From a virus: DNA of 64,000 nucleotides. Both the position numbers and the translations under genes were made by a program. The notes beneath the pieces are model-generated. The model was not told the origin of the DNA, did not search any database, and worked only from the letters and a program-made list of their open reading frames with translations. The stretch's first letter is position 1; each line of letters begins with the position of its first letter. The stretch covers positions 1 through 64,000 of IMG/VR virus record IMGVR_UViG_3300025769_010106, one strand, 5' to 3'. Of the stretch, positions 19,581 to 28,438 are shown one piece after another.

Positions 19581-19734
19581 AAAACAGTACACAGAGTGGG
19601 CATATTCTCAAATGAAGAAGTATGGTATTCCTATGCCCGAAACATATTCTGCAGATGAATTAGAATATCTCAATCCTGGTATTCCCAGAGATTTTATTGA
19701 CAATCATGTAAAGAACAGAGACAACAATGACTGA
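19573..19734 (+). CDS. Small hypothetical protein (53 aa, not in ORF track)
   Basis: GTG...TGA frame fills the gap and overlaps both neighbours. Confidence 0.55.
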   Translation: MNRKQYTEWAYSQMKKYGIPMPETYSADELEYLNPGIPRDFIDNHVKNRDNND

Positions 19735-20182
19735 AACAAGAGAGAGTCACGACGAGTTCATTCTACGTAGGATGCGTGAAGAAGGTCTAAAGGATCGTGT
19801 ACGCAAAGCCTCACGTATGGTATGGGTTACGTTTGAGAAGGAAGGTATGCATCGCTATCCAGCGGCTGCTGATGATCCTAAACTAGCAACAGGCGATGAA
19901 TATGATGTAAGTTTCTTACAATATCCTCATCGTCATATCTTCAAGTTCCGTGTTTGGATTGAAGTATTCCACGATGATCGTGATATTGAGTTTATCCAGT
20001 TCAAGCGTTGGATGAATAAACTTTACGAGGGCGAACTTGATGTAGACTTTAAGTCATGTGAGATGATTTCCGATGACCTTTATCTAACCATTCAGGATCG
20101 CTATCCAGGCCGTGATGTTTGGATTGAAGTATCCGAAGACGGCGAAAATGGCGCACTAACACAATACTCAAAGAACGTATGA
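19727..20182 (+). CDS. dpdL: QueD-paralogous T-fold protein, DpdL-like (predicted CDG decarboxylase)
   Basis: LQYPHRHIF (LxxxHRHxF), DRDIEF, SCEM, VSEDGENGA; canonical QueD is encoded separately. Confidence 0.65.
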   Translation: MTETRESHDEFILRRMREEGLKDRVRKASRMVWVTFEKEGMHRYPAAADDPKLATGDEYDVSFLQYPHRHIFKFRVWIEVFHDDRDIEFIQFKRWMNKLYEGELDVDFKSCEMISDDLYLTIQDRYPGRDVWIEVSEDGENGALTQYSKNV

Positions 20183-20748
20183 TGAAAATAAGAAATCCTC
20201 AGCCAAAAGTTTTAGACGGATCTACATCAAAGTTTGTTGGACTCTCAGGTAGAGACCGGGGTTTAGCTGTTCAGCAGTCCTACGAAGATGCCGGAATAAC
20301 GACCAACTGGGCTGAGGGTTTAGACTTGCCTCAGTTTGGCGAAGAAATTAAGACATTTACACCTAGTAACGATATAACCATTGGCACATACAAAAGTCGC
20401 GATTTACTCAACACAGATGGTAAAGTTTGTCTTAATAAACTAGGGTGTGCTCATCAGTGGCATGAATTTGATAAGTATAACGTAAAACGAAAAACCCATT
20501 ATGTAGATTTACGTTTAATACATGATATTATCGAAAACGATTTGAAGGCATTAACAGATGATTTCAGAACCAATCCCGGGTACGGTAAATGGACCTGTGC
20601 CAAATCTAAATATTTTATATTAGAATGGACTAGACCTGAAAGCAAAGCCACTGGTGTTAAATTAAGAATACGTGCATCAAAAGTAAAAAACTTAATAACA
20701 TTAGCAGGCCAACCAACCTTTAACAAATTATTTAAGGAAGTAGTATAA
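20179..20748 (+). CDS. Hypothetical protein, possible PD-(D/E)xK nuclease
   Basis: GLDLP...EEIKT. Confidence 0.35.
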   Translation: MMKIRNPQPKVLDGSTSKFVGLSGRDRGLAVQQSYEDAGITTNWAEGLDLPQFGEEIKTFTPSNDITIGTYKSRDLLNTDGKVCLNKLGCAHQWHEFDKYNVKRKTHYVDLRLIHDIIENDLKALTDDFRTNPGYGKWTCAKSKYFILEWTRPESKATGVKLRIRASKVKNLITLAGQPTFNKLFKEVV

Positions 20749-20957
20749 TGAAAAACGACGTGCAAAAGATTTTTGACGATCTAGACGATTACAAGCGTTT
20801 CTGCACAGTATTTGGTCATCCTTATAACGAGGCTGACCTATATAACAACAAGAGTCCAGCATACAACGAGTACGCCGCCTTTAAGGGAGGCAAACGTATT
20901 AGTAACAACTGGATTAGGGATGCTAAAGTTTTTGGACGTAACATCTTTGGTAATTGA
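20748..20957 (+). CDS. Hypothetical protein
   Basis: Coupled ORF with AAGGA RBS. Confidence 0.65.
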   Translation: MKNDVQKIFDDLDDYKRFCTVFGHPYNEADLYNNKSPAYNEYAAFKGGKRISNNWIRDAKVFGRNIFGN

Positions 20958-21259
20958 TGCGTGGGTTTCCATATATAGCTGAACCTTACGTAGAACGTTG
21001 GAGTAACCGCCCTCCGCATTTGAACCATGAGGGCGGTGCTCTTAACGCAGATTATACTACCGTGGATGCGCTGTGTGCTATAGCAAATCATCTAGGAAAA
21101 CATGGACTAGAATACAACAGAGATTGGTATTGGGAAGGACGAGGCTGGAACTTCACAAACAATGCTGGTATACCAACTGTAAGGTTGAGTTTTGCCAAAC
21201 AAGAGTATACACTGTTATTACCACTAGTGGAGAACGCACATGACTATATTTCTCGTTGA
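20957..21259 (+). CDS. Hypothetical protein
   Basis: TGATG coupling. Confidence 0.6.
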   Translation: MRGFPYIAEPYVERWSNRPPHLNHEGGALNADYTTVDALCAIANHLGKHGLEYNRDWYWEGRGWNFTNNAGIPTVRLSFAKQEYTLLLPLVENAHDYISR

Positions 21260-22286
21260 TTTAGAAGCAGTTGAGACACGTTACACCAGTGAATGGAAAA
21301 CGCATCTACCCAAACAATTACGTGCCGCAACTAATGAAGATGTTGTTGTTATTAGCGGAGGCGATGTACCTCAGGCTACTACTCCAGGTGCGTTCCTAAA
21401 CTTTGGAGGAACAAATGTTTATAAGAGTAATCAACTTGAACAGATTGCTGAGATGTTTTGTCGAGGGCAAGTACACAACGGCGACTATTTCCTTTACACA
21501 GATGCTTGGAACCCTACTGTTATCCAACTTCGTTATATGGCTGAACTACTGGGGGTTGACATTCGTATTGGCGGTCTATGGCATGCTGGCAGTTATGATC
21601 CTGCTGATTTCCTCGGGCGTCTTATAGGCGATAAGCCTTGGGTCAGACATGCCGAACAGAGCATGTATGAATGCTTTGATAACAACTTCTATGCATCACA
21701 GTTTCATATTGATATGTTTGCTGAAAGTCTAAAGATAGATCCAGCAAAAACAAAACGTGTTGGCTGGCCTATGGAGTATGAAGTAGATCAAATGCTGTCA
21801 TACAAGCATATGCAAAAGACCAATACTATTCTTTTCCCACATCGTATTGCACCCGAAAAGCAGCCTGAGATATTCCGTGACCTTGCAGAAAGTATGCCAG
21901 AGTATGAATGGATTATGTGTATGGAGCAGGGCTATACTAAAAATGATTACCATAATGCACTAGGTACATCCAAGTTAGTGTTTAGTGCTAATCTACAGGA
22001 AACACTAGGTATCAGTTGGTATGAAGGTTTGCTAGTTGATACCATTCCAATGATTCCCGATCGTCTAAGTTACAGTGAAATGGCTATCGATGAATTTAAG
22101 TATCCTAGTGAATGGACAGAAAGTTGGGATAAATATCAGGAACACAAATCTAGTGTTATTGAAACAATCCACGATTACATGATTAATTACGAAAAATATC
22201 GTAATGCTATGATTACTCAAACTAATAAGTTATCTAATGACTTCTTTAGTGGAAAACAACTTTATAATACAATAAAGAATCGATGA
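21240..22286 (+). CDS. GT-B fold glycosyltransferase
   Basis: HRIAPEKQP and SANLQETLGISWYEG (ExxG...E) motifs. Confidence 0.75.
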   Translation: MTIFLVDLEAVETRYTSEWKTHLPKQLRAATNEDVVVISGGDVPQATTPGAFLNFGGTNVYKSNQLEQIAEMFCRGQVHNGDYFLYTDAWNPTVIQLRYMAELLGVDIRIGGLWHAGSYDPADFLGRLIGDKPWVRHAEQSMYECFDNNFYASQFHIDMFAESLKIDPAKTKRVGWPMEYEVDQMLSYKHMQKTNTILFPHRIAPEKQPEIFRDLAESMPEYEWIMCMEQGYTKNDYHNALGTSKLVFSANLQETLGISWYEGLLVDTIPMIPDRLSYSEMAIDEFKYPSEWTESWDKYQEHKSSVIETIHDYMINYEKYRNAMITQTNKLSNDFFSGKQLYNTIKNR

Positions 22287-23110
22287 ATATACTTCTTATA
22301 GGCGGTGCTGGATTTATTGGTAAGCATCTCGAACGTGAACTAGAACAAGATAACAATGTAGTTGTTATTGATAAGAAGTTTGGTACTAATGTAAACAACC
22401 ATAACGATCTTAATCTCATTAGTCCAGATTATGATTGTGTGGTATTTCTTGCTGCAGAACCTAATCTTGCAGCAGTAAAGCGTAGTCCTGTAGAAGCTAC
22501 TCATACTATGACAACAGGACTTATTAACTGCCTAACAAAGTTTACTAACAGTCACTTTATCTACTTTAGTAGTAGTATGGTGTACGGTAATTGGGATAGC
22601 AATCTAACACACAAATATGAATACGACAGTCCTGCTCCTATTGACTTATATGGCAGACTAAAACTAGTTGGTGAAGGACTAGTTAAAGAGCTACACGATA
22701 ACTGGACTATTGTACGTCCTACCGCAGTCTACGGAGAGGGCGACGATCCTAATCGTGTGCTACCTACATTTATTCGTACTGCTAAAGAAGGTGGAGTAAT
22801 TGAAGTAAAAGGACATGATAACTGTTTAGACTTTACAAATGTAAGTGACGTTGTTCAAGCCGTACGTTTGATGATTAAACGGGAAAGCCGCAATCAAATC
22901 TATAACGTTAGTTACAGTCAAAGTCACGCACTAGATATTATTGCAGAATATATCTGCACACAGGTTGGCACAGGCAGTTACACTATTATTCAACGGGACT
23001 ACGACTATCCTAGACGTGGCGCTCTTAGCATACAAAAGGCTAGAGTTGATCTAGGATACGAGCCTAAAATTAGTGTTGAAAAAGGTATCAAGGCGTTACT
23101 ATGCAAGTAG
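22283..23110 (+). CDS. NAD-dependent epimerase/dehydratase
   Basis: GGAGFIG, SSSMVYG, YGRLK, DFTNVSD. Confidence 0.9.
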   Translation: MNILLIGGAGFIGKHLERELEQDNNVVVIDKKFGTNVNNHNDLNLISPDYDCVVFLAAEPNLAAVKRSPVEATHTMTTGLINCLTKFTNSHFIYFSSSMVYGNWDSNLTHKYEYDSPAPIDLYGRLKLVGEGLVKELHDNWTIVRPTAVYGEGDDPNRVLPTFIRTAKEGGVIEVKGHDNCLDFTNVSDVVQAVRLMIKRESRNQIYNVSYSQSHALDIIAEYICTQVGTGSYTIIQRDYDYPRRGALSIQKARVDLGYEPKISVEKGIKALLCK

Positions 23111-24318
23111 GATTTATTGGATTAGGAAAGCTAGGTCTGCCTTGTGCAGAAGCAATGTCTGTCAAACACTCAGTTACAGGGTTTGATATTGAAGACCGTG
23201 CTAGTGATAATATAAAAGTAGTCACAGATGTAAAAGATGCAGTACAAAACAAAGATCTAGTTTTTGTTGCTATTCAAACACCACATCATCCACAGTATGA
23301 TGGTAGCATGCCTTGTATGGACTATGAGCCGCAGGACTTTAACTATGATCAAGTAAAGCAGTGCTTAAAGGAAGTCAACGAGTATGCAAATGAACATACT
23401 CTTATAGTTCTTATTAGCACAGTACTTCCCGGTACTGTTCGCAGAGAACTTGCACCTTTAATTACACAAGCACGTTTTATCTATAACCCATATCTAATTG
23501 CTATGGGAAGTGTAGCATGGGATATGGTTAATCCAGAAATGGTTATTATCGGCACAGAGGATGGTAGTGAAACAGGTGATGCAAGTCTGCTTATTAACTT
23601 CTATAAAGAACTTATGCAGAACAATCCTCGCTATAGTGTAGGAACATGGGAAGAAGCAGAAAGTATTAAGATATTCTATAACACGTTTATTAGTGCAAAA
23701 CTCAGCCTTGTTAACATGATCCAAGACGTTGCAATGAAACTGGGTAACATGAATGTTGATGTAGTTACAGATGCTCTTGCTAACAGCACCCAACGTATTA
23801 TGGGCCCAAAGTATATGACAGCGGGAATGGGAGATGGTGGTCCTTGTCATCCACGTGATAATATTGCATTACGCTATATGGCTAAGGAATTAAATTTAGA
23901 ATACGATCTGTTCCATGCTATTATGAACAGTAGAGAAGTACAAGCACGTAATCTTGCAAACTTCCTATGTGATCTTGCCAAGGAACATGAACTACCTGTA
24001 CTCATACACGGCTATGCGTACAAGCCAGATGTCCCCTATACAGACGGTAGCTATAGTAGTTTGGTTGCACATTACTGTAGCGAGCGTGGATTTCATCCTA
24101 TGATTGTTGATCCTTTAACACATCCAGATCCTGGTCCTTATAGTGCAGTTGTACTTCTTGCTCACAATCCGAGTGTTACTTATAACTACATTAACAATCA
24201 ACAATCTAACGACTTATACTGCAAACTTAATGAGGACAGCGTTATTGTTGATCCTTGGCGCAGTTTTTCCGACACTAGTTATAAAGTGATTCATTATGGC
24301 AACACAAGAATGGCATAG
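23101..24318 (+). CDS. ugd: UDP-glucose/GDP-mannose dehydrogenase
   Basis: GLGKLG, STVLPGT, YNP, GGPCHPRD, GYAYKP. Confidence 0.9.
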   Translation: MQVGFIGLGKLGLPCAEAMSVKHSVTGFDIEDRASDNIKVVTDVKDAVQNKDLVFVAIQTPHHPQYDGSMPCMDYEPQDFNYDQVKQCLKEVNEYANEHTLIVLISTVLPGTVRRELAPLITQARFIYNPYLIAMGSVAWDMVNPEMVIIGTEDGSETGDASLLINFYKELMQNNPRYSVGTWEEAESIKIFYNTFISAKLSLVNMIQDVAMKLGNMNVDVVTDALANSTQRIMGPKYMTAGMGDGGPCHPRDNIALRYMAKELNLEYDLFHAIMNSREVQARNLANFLCDLAKEHELPVLIHGYAYKPDVPYTDGSYSSLVAHYCSERGFHPMIVDPLTHPDPGPYSAVVLLAHNPSVTYNYINNQQSNDLYCKLNEDSVIVDPWRSFSDTSYKVIHYGNTRMA

Positions 24319-24820
24319 AGGGCACGTCGAGCCCTTTTGGAACGACGAATATTGTTCTTTGTCATATGGTCTTGAGTCTTTTAATAGCAGGAAAGACATA
24401 GAACGTTGGCGTAGAGAAGGGTATGTTCATCCACAAAGTCATTTTACTGGGTTTATGTGTGACATGCGTAATCAACAACCAAGTTGGAATAATGTCATAA
24501 TACATTGGGCAGAAACAGAGTTTGCGCTTAAAGACATTGGTACAAGTTATTACAAAATGGGAACAGGCGTAATATTACCAAACCATAGAGATACCTTTAA
24601 ACGATATAGAGAACTTTTTAACTGTACATTAGAACAATGTGAGCGTATAATAATATTCTTGCAAGATTGGGAAAGCGGTCACTATTTCGAGATAGAAAAA
24701 AATCCAGTGGTGGGTTGGAAAGCTGGAGATTATTATTGGTGGCGTGGTGACGTAGAACACATGGCTGCTAATATAGGCACAACTAAGAGATATACTCTAC
24801 AAATTACAGGACACAAATAA
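24296..24820 (+). CDS. 2OG-Fe(II) oxygenase-like protein
   Basis: HRD...H..AN.G...RYTLQ. Confidence 0.6.
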   Translation: MATQEWHRGHVEPFWNDEYCSLSYGLESFNSRKDIERWRREGYVHPQSHFTGFMCDMRNQQPSWNNVIIHWAETEFALKDIGTSYYKMGTGVILPNHRDTFKRYRELFNCTLEQCERIIIFLQDWESGHYFEIEKNPVVGWKAGDYYWWRGDVEHMAANIGTTKRYTLQITGHK

Positions 24821-26049
24821 TGAAGCGTATTTTACTATTGGGAAGCGGCGAGTTAGGTAAAGAGTTTACTATAAGTGCAAAACGTTTAGGTTGTTATGTT
24901 ATAGCATGTGATAGCTATATAGGTGCGCCCGCAATGCAGGTAGCTGATGAGTTTGAAGTTTTTGACATGCTAAATGATGATGATTTAAACAAGACTATTG
25001 ATTTTTATAAACCAGACTTGATTGTACCTGAAGTTGAAGCAATTCGTACAGAAGTGTTACTGGAAAAGGAAGCACAGGGTTATACTGTTGTTCCTACAGC
25101 AAGAGCTACTAACCTAACAATGAATCGAGATCGCATCAGGGATCGCGCAGTTGAACTTGGTTTGCGTACAGCAAAGTTTGAATATGCAAATAATTTAGAG
25201 GAACTTCAATTAGCCGTAGATAGAATAGGAATGCCTTGTGTAGTTAAGCCTGTAATGAGTTCTAGTGGTAAAGGTCAGAGCGTTGTTAAATTTCAGTCAG
25301 ATACAGAACATTGGCAAAAACATTATGGACCTGCATGGGAAAGCAAAGAAGAACTAGTTGAAAATGCTTGGAACTATGCAGTTGAAGGTATGCGTGGTGA
25401 TAGACAGCGTGTAATTGTAGAAGAGTTTATTGATTTTGATCTAGAGATCACACTACTAACTGTAAAGCAACATGAGGGCCCTACACTATTTTGTCCACCA
25501 ATTGGTCACTATCAAGAACGTGGAGATTATCAGTACAGTTGGCAACCTGCACTAGAAGAAACTTTTACAGGACACATTATCGAGACCCACGCACAGGAGA
25601 TGGCAAAAATCATTACAGATGATTTGGGTGGTGCTGGTATATTTGGTGTAGAGTTTTTTGTTAAGACCAAAGGCAATAGTCCTGAGGTTATCTTCAGCGA
25701 ACTGAGTCCACGCCCACATGATACTGGAATGGTAACCATGTTTACGCAAAACCTAAGTGAGTTTGACTTACATGCAAGAGCTATACTGGGATTACCAATT
25801 GGTGAAATTAAACTGGTACGTCCGGGCGCAAGTCACGTTGTCCTAGCACATGAAACTACACATGAGTTTATTATAAGCGGTATTAACGATGCACTTAAAA
25901 TACCAGACGTTGATGTAAGAGTGTTTGGTAAGCCTACAACGAGGCCATATCGTAGAATGGCAGTTGTACTTGCACCTAGTTTGAAAATTGCAAAAGAAGC
26001 AGCTGGTAAAATTAGTGTTGTAGATATTGCAACTGATGCAGGTTTATGA
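24820..26049 (+). CDS. purT: Formate-dependent phosphoribosylglycinamide formyltransferase
   Basis: [48 protein letters not shown]. Confidence 0.93.
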   Translation: MKRILLLGSGELGKEFTISAKRLGCYVIACDSYIGAPAMQVADEFEVFDMLNDDDLNKTIDFYKPDLIVPEVEAIRTEVLLEKEAQGYTVVPTARATNLTMNRDRIRDRAVELGLRTAKFEYANNLEELQLAVDRIGMPCVVKPVMSSSGKGQSVVKFQSDTEHWQKHYGPAWESKEELVENAWNYAVEGMRGDRQRVIVEEFIDFDLEITLLTVKQHEGPTLFCPPIGHYQERGDYQYSWQPALEETFTGHIIETHAQEMAKIITDDLGGAGIFGVEFFVKTKGNSPEVIFSELSPRPHDTGMVTMFTQNLSEFDLHARAILGLPIGEIKLVRPGASHVVLAHETTHEFIISGINDALKIPDVDVRVFGKPTTRPYRRMAVVLAPSLKIAKEAAGKISVVDIATDAGL

Positions 26050-26651
26050 TGAATTACGATATTTTAGATAAGTTTGAAGGCGTTCTAAGGGAATATACTG
26101 GCGCGCCGCACGTTGTACTAACAGATTGTTGCACACATGCTATTGAATTATGTTTGAGGTTTCAGAAGTATACCGGGCCAGTCATACTTCCAAGTCATAC
26201 TTACATTAGTATCCCAATGACAATGCACAAGTTGGGATTAGAGTTATATTGGGACAAGGATTATAACTGGGAGTATGAATATCGTATTGCTCCTACAAAT
26301 ATCTGGGATAGTGCTAGAGCATTCGACGAGAATATGTATATAAGCGGTCGTATGCAGTGCCTAAGTTTCGGTTGGGACAAGCGGTTGGCTATTGGTCATG
26401 GTGGTGCTATTCTACTTGATAGCAGAAGTGATTATAATATCTTACGAAGAATGGCCTATGATGGCAGAACGCTAGATACTTCTCCTTGGGAGAATCAAAC
26501 TTATTGGTGGCTGGGATTCCACTATAACATGCGACTAGAAGATGCAGCAAAGGGTATAGATATGATGCTACATCCAGAAAACTTACCCAACAAACAAAGC
26601 CAACTTAAAACCTATCCAGATTGTAGTAAAATAAAAGTTGACTTATCTTAA
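26046..26651 (+). CDS. Short DegT/DnrJ-like PLP aminotransferase
   Basis: CTHAIEL, WDSA, LSFGWDK..GHGGAIL; lacks the usual C-terminal domain. Confidence 0.7.
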   Translation: MMNYDILDKFEGVLREYTGAPHVVLTDCCTHAIELCLRFQKYTGPVILPSHTYISIPMTMHKLGLELYWDKDYNWEYEYRIAPTNIWDSARAFDENMYISGRMQCLSFGWDKRLAIGHGGAILLDSRSDYNILRRMAYDGRTLDTSPWENQTYWWLGFHYNMRLEDAAKGIDMMLHPENLPNKQSQLKTYPDCSKIKVDLS

Positions 26652-26691
26652 TTTATATCTTACAATTTAAAACTACAAAGGAACACAGTAC

Positions 26692-27372
26692 ATGAGAAAG
26701 ACTTCCGAAATAATCCGAGAGCGCATGCAGGCAACTAACAAGCGTTTTCATAGCAATGACAACATCAGTGATTTTATTCAGGATGGCGAACTAGAACTAC
26801 TACAGCAAGAAGTGGAAGAACGATTCCAAGAAGTTTTGGACGCTCTAGTCATTGATACAGTGAACGATCACAATACACAAGAAACAGCAAAGCGTGTTGC
26901 TAAGATGTTCGTAAATGAAACATTTGGCGGACGTTATCATCCAATGCCACGGGTTACGGCATTTCCTAATATGGGTTACAAGAGCATGTATACCAGCGGC
27001 CCTATTAGTATCCGTAGTACCTGTGCTCACCACTTCCAAAACATCGTGGGCAACTGCTGGGTAGGAATTATCCCAGAAGATGAAGTAATTGGACTTAGTA
27101 AGTTCAATCGCATCATTCACCATATCGCTGAACGCCCACAGATTCAGGAAGAAATGACTACACAGATTGCAGAAGTACTAAAAGAATATGCAAAGACAGA
27201 GCATATCGCTGTGGTAGTTAAAGCCGAGCACCATTGCATGACGGCCCGTGGTGTTCGGGAACATGAGAGCGATATGACTACCGCAGTTATGTGTGGTGGT
27301 TTTCTCACAGACCCAAGTGTTAAGCAGGAGTTTTACAACATCTGTTTAAGCATGAAGGGTCATGGCAACTAA
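26692..27372 (+). CDS. folE: GTP cyclohydrolase I
   Basis: TAKRVAKM, STCAHH, GLSKFNR, QIQE, HHCMTARG. Confidence 0.95.
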   Translation: MRKTSEIIRERMQATNKRFHSNDNISDFIQDGELELLQQEVEERFQEVLDALVIDTVNDHNTQETAKRVAKMFVNETFGGRYHPMPRVTAFPNMGYKSMYTSGPISIRSTCAHHFQNIVGNCWVGIIPEDEVIGLSKFNRIIHHIAERPQIQEEMTTQIAEVLKEYAKTEHIAVVVKAEHHCMTARGVREHESDMTTAVMCGGFLTDPSVKQEFYNICLSMKGHGN

Positions 27373-27396
27373 ACTTCAGAATAGGGAGAAAATTTT

Positions 27397-28020
27397 ATGA
27401 TGAAGTTACTAGAAGGTGTAGATCGCAAGTTGGTTACCAATCTTGTTATCATGCACACAATCGTAATTGCACTTTCAAATTACTTGGTGCAGTTCAAGTT
27501 TAACCTGTTCCCAGGTGCTAACTTGCCATTCTTTGGTGAGTTTCCACTTGCAGTTGCAGCATTTACATTTCCAATTGTAGTTGTTGCCACTGACTTGACC
27601 GTCCGTATGGTGGGCAAGGAAGCAGGCAGGGCAGTTGTTGCCCTAGCAGTCATCCCAGCAATCATTGTAAGTATTTTGGTTGTTTGGGGCGGCGGTGCAC
27701 CAGTTGAGAAGGCACTACGTATTGGTGCAGCAAGTGGTGTTGCATATGGCGTTGGTACAATGCTAGACGTTTATGTATTCCAGTATATTCGTGAGAAGTT
27801 CACAGAGATGTGGTGGGCTGCTCCAGCATTTTCAACCATTGTCGCAAACATCCTAGACACTTATGCGTTCTTCTATACAGCATTTTATCCAGCACCTTGG
27901 GTACATGCTGTTGCGTTCAACCAAACAATCACAAAGATTATTGTAGGGTTGATTGTGTTCCTACCAGCATATGGTTTCCTATTAAACTATTTGCGGAAGA
28001 AGCTAGGACGTAGTCTATAA
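27397..28020 (+). CDS. yhhQ: VUT-family queuosine-precursor transporter
   Basis: SNYLVQ, AAFTFP..ATDLTVR, LDVYVF, DTYAFF; six or more TM segments. Confidence 0.85.
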   Translation: MMKLLEGVDRKLVTNLVIMHTIVIALSNYLVQFKFNLFPGANLPFFGEFPLAVAAFTFPIVVVATDLTVRMVGKEAGRAVVALAVIPAIIVSILVVWGGGAPVEKALRIGAASGVAYGVGTMLDVYVFQYIREKFTEMWWAAPAFSTIVANILDTYAFFYTAFYPAPWVHAVAFNQTITKIIVGLIVFLPAYGFLLNYLRKKLGRSL

Positions 28021-28030
28021 TACGTGCTGT

Positions 28031-28058
28031 GGGGGGCCTTAGTGCCCCCCCTTTTTTT
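28031..28058 (+). terminator. Rho-independent terminator
   Basis: GGGGGGC-cttagt-GCCCCCC stem followed by a T7 tract after yhhQ. Confidence 0.85.
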
Positions 28059-28069
28059 AGGATACCTTA

Positions 28070-28351
28070 ATGCCAAAAATATATGAATCCCCAGACGGCG
28101 GTAAAACTATTAGAGAACGAGAGTTTGGTGACTATACTAATACAATTACTATAGCTGATCCTAGCACATTTGATGACAATGGTAGTTGGACAAGTATTAG
28201 TACAGGTACAATAACATTACATGATCCATGGCAAGAACAACAGGAACGTACAATGCTTATTGACAAGTATCCAGAACTAAAAGATAAGTGGGAAGAGTAC
28301 AAAGAGCTTGAAAAGCATTATAAGGCGTGGGATCTTTTATATAACAAATAA
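28070..28351 (+). CDS. Hypothetical protein
   Basis: IYESPDGGKTI..R.FG N-terminal motif. Confidence 0.65.
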   Translation: MPKIYESPDGGKTIREREFGDYTNTITIADPSTFDDNGSWTSISTGTITLHDPWQEQQERTMLIDKYPELKDKWEEYKELEKHYKAWDLLYNK

Positions 28352-28354
28352 TCA

Positions 28355-28390
28355 AAAACGGTAGACAAGTCTTTACTTCGTGTTATTATA
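28355..28390 (+). promoter_or_regulatory. Early-type promoter
   Basis: AAAACGGTAGACA-N13-TGTTATTATA, matching the 40-42 kb promoters. Confidence 0.6.
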
Positions 28391-28438
28391 AGAGTATGTT
28401 CAAGGTGAACATACTTTTTTTATGATAAAAACGAGGCT

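Noticed and set aside
26637-26691. Second riboswitch upstream of folE
   Set aside because: The leader after the TTGACT/TACAAT promoter is too short and unstructured
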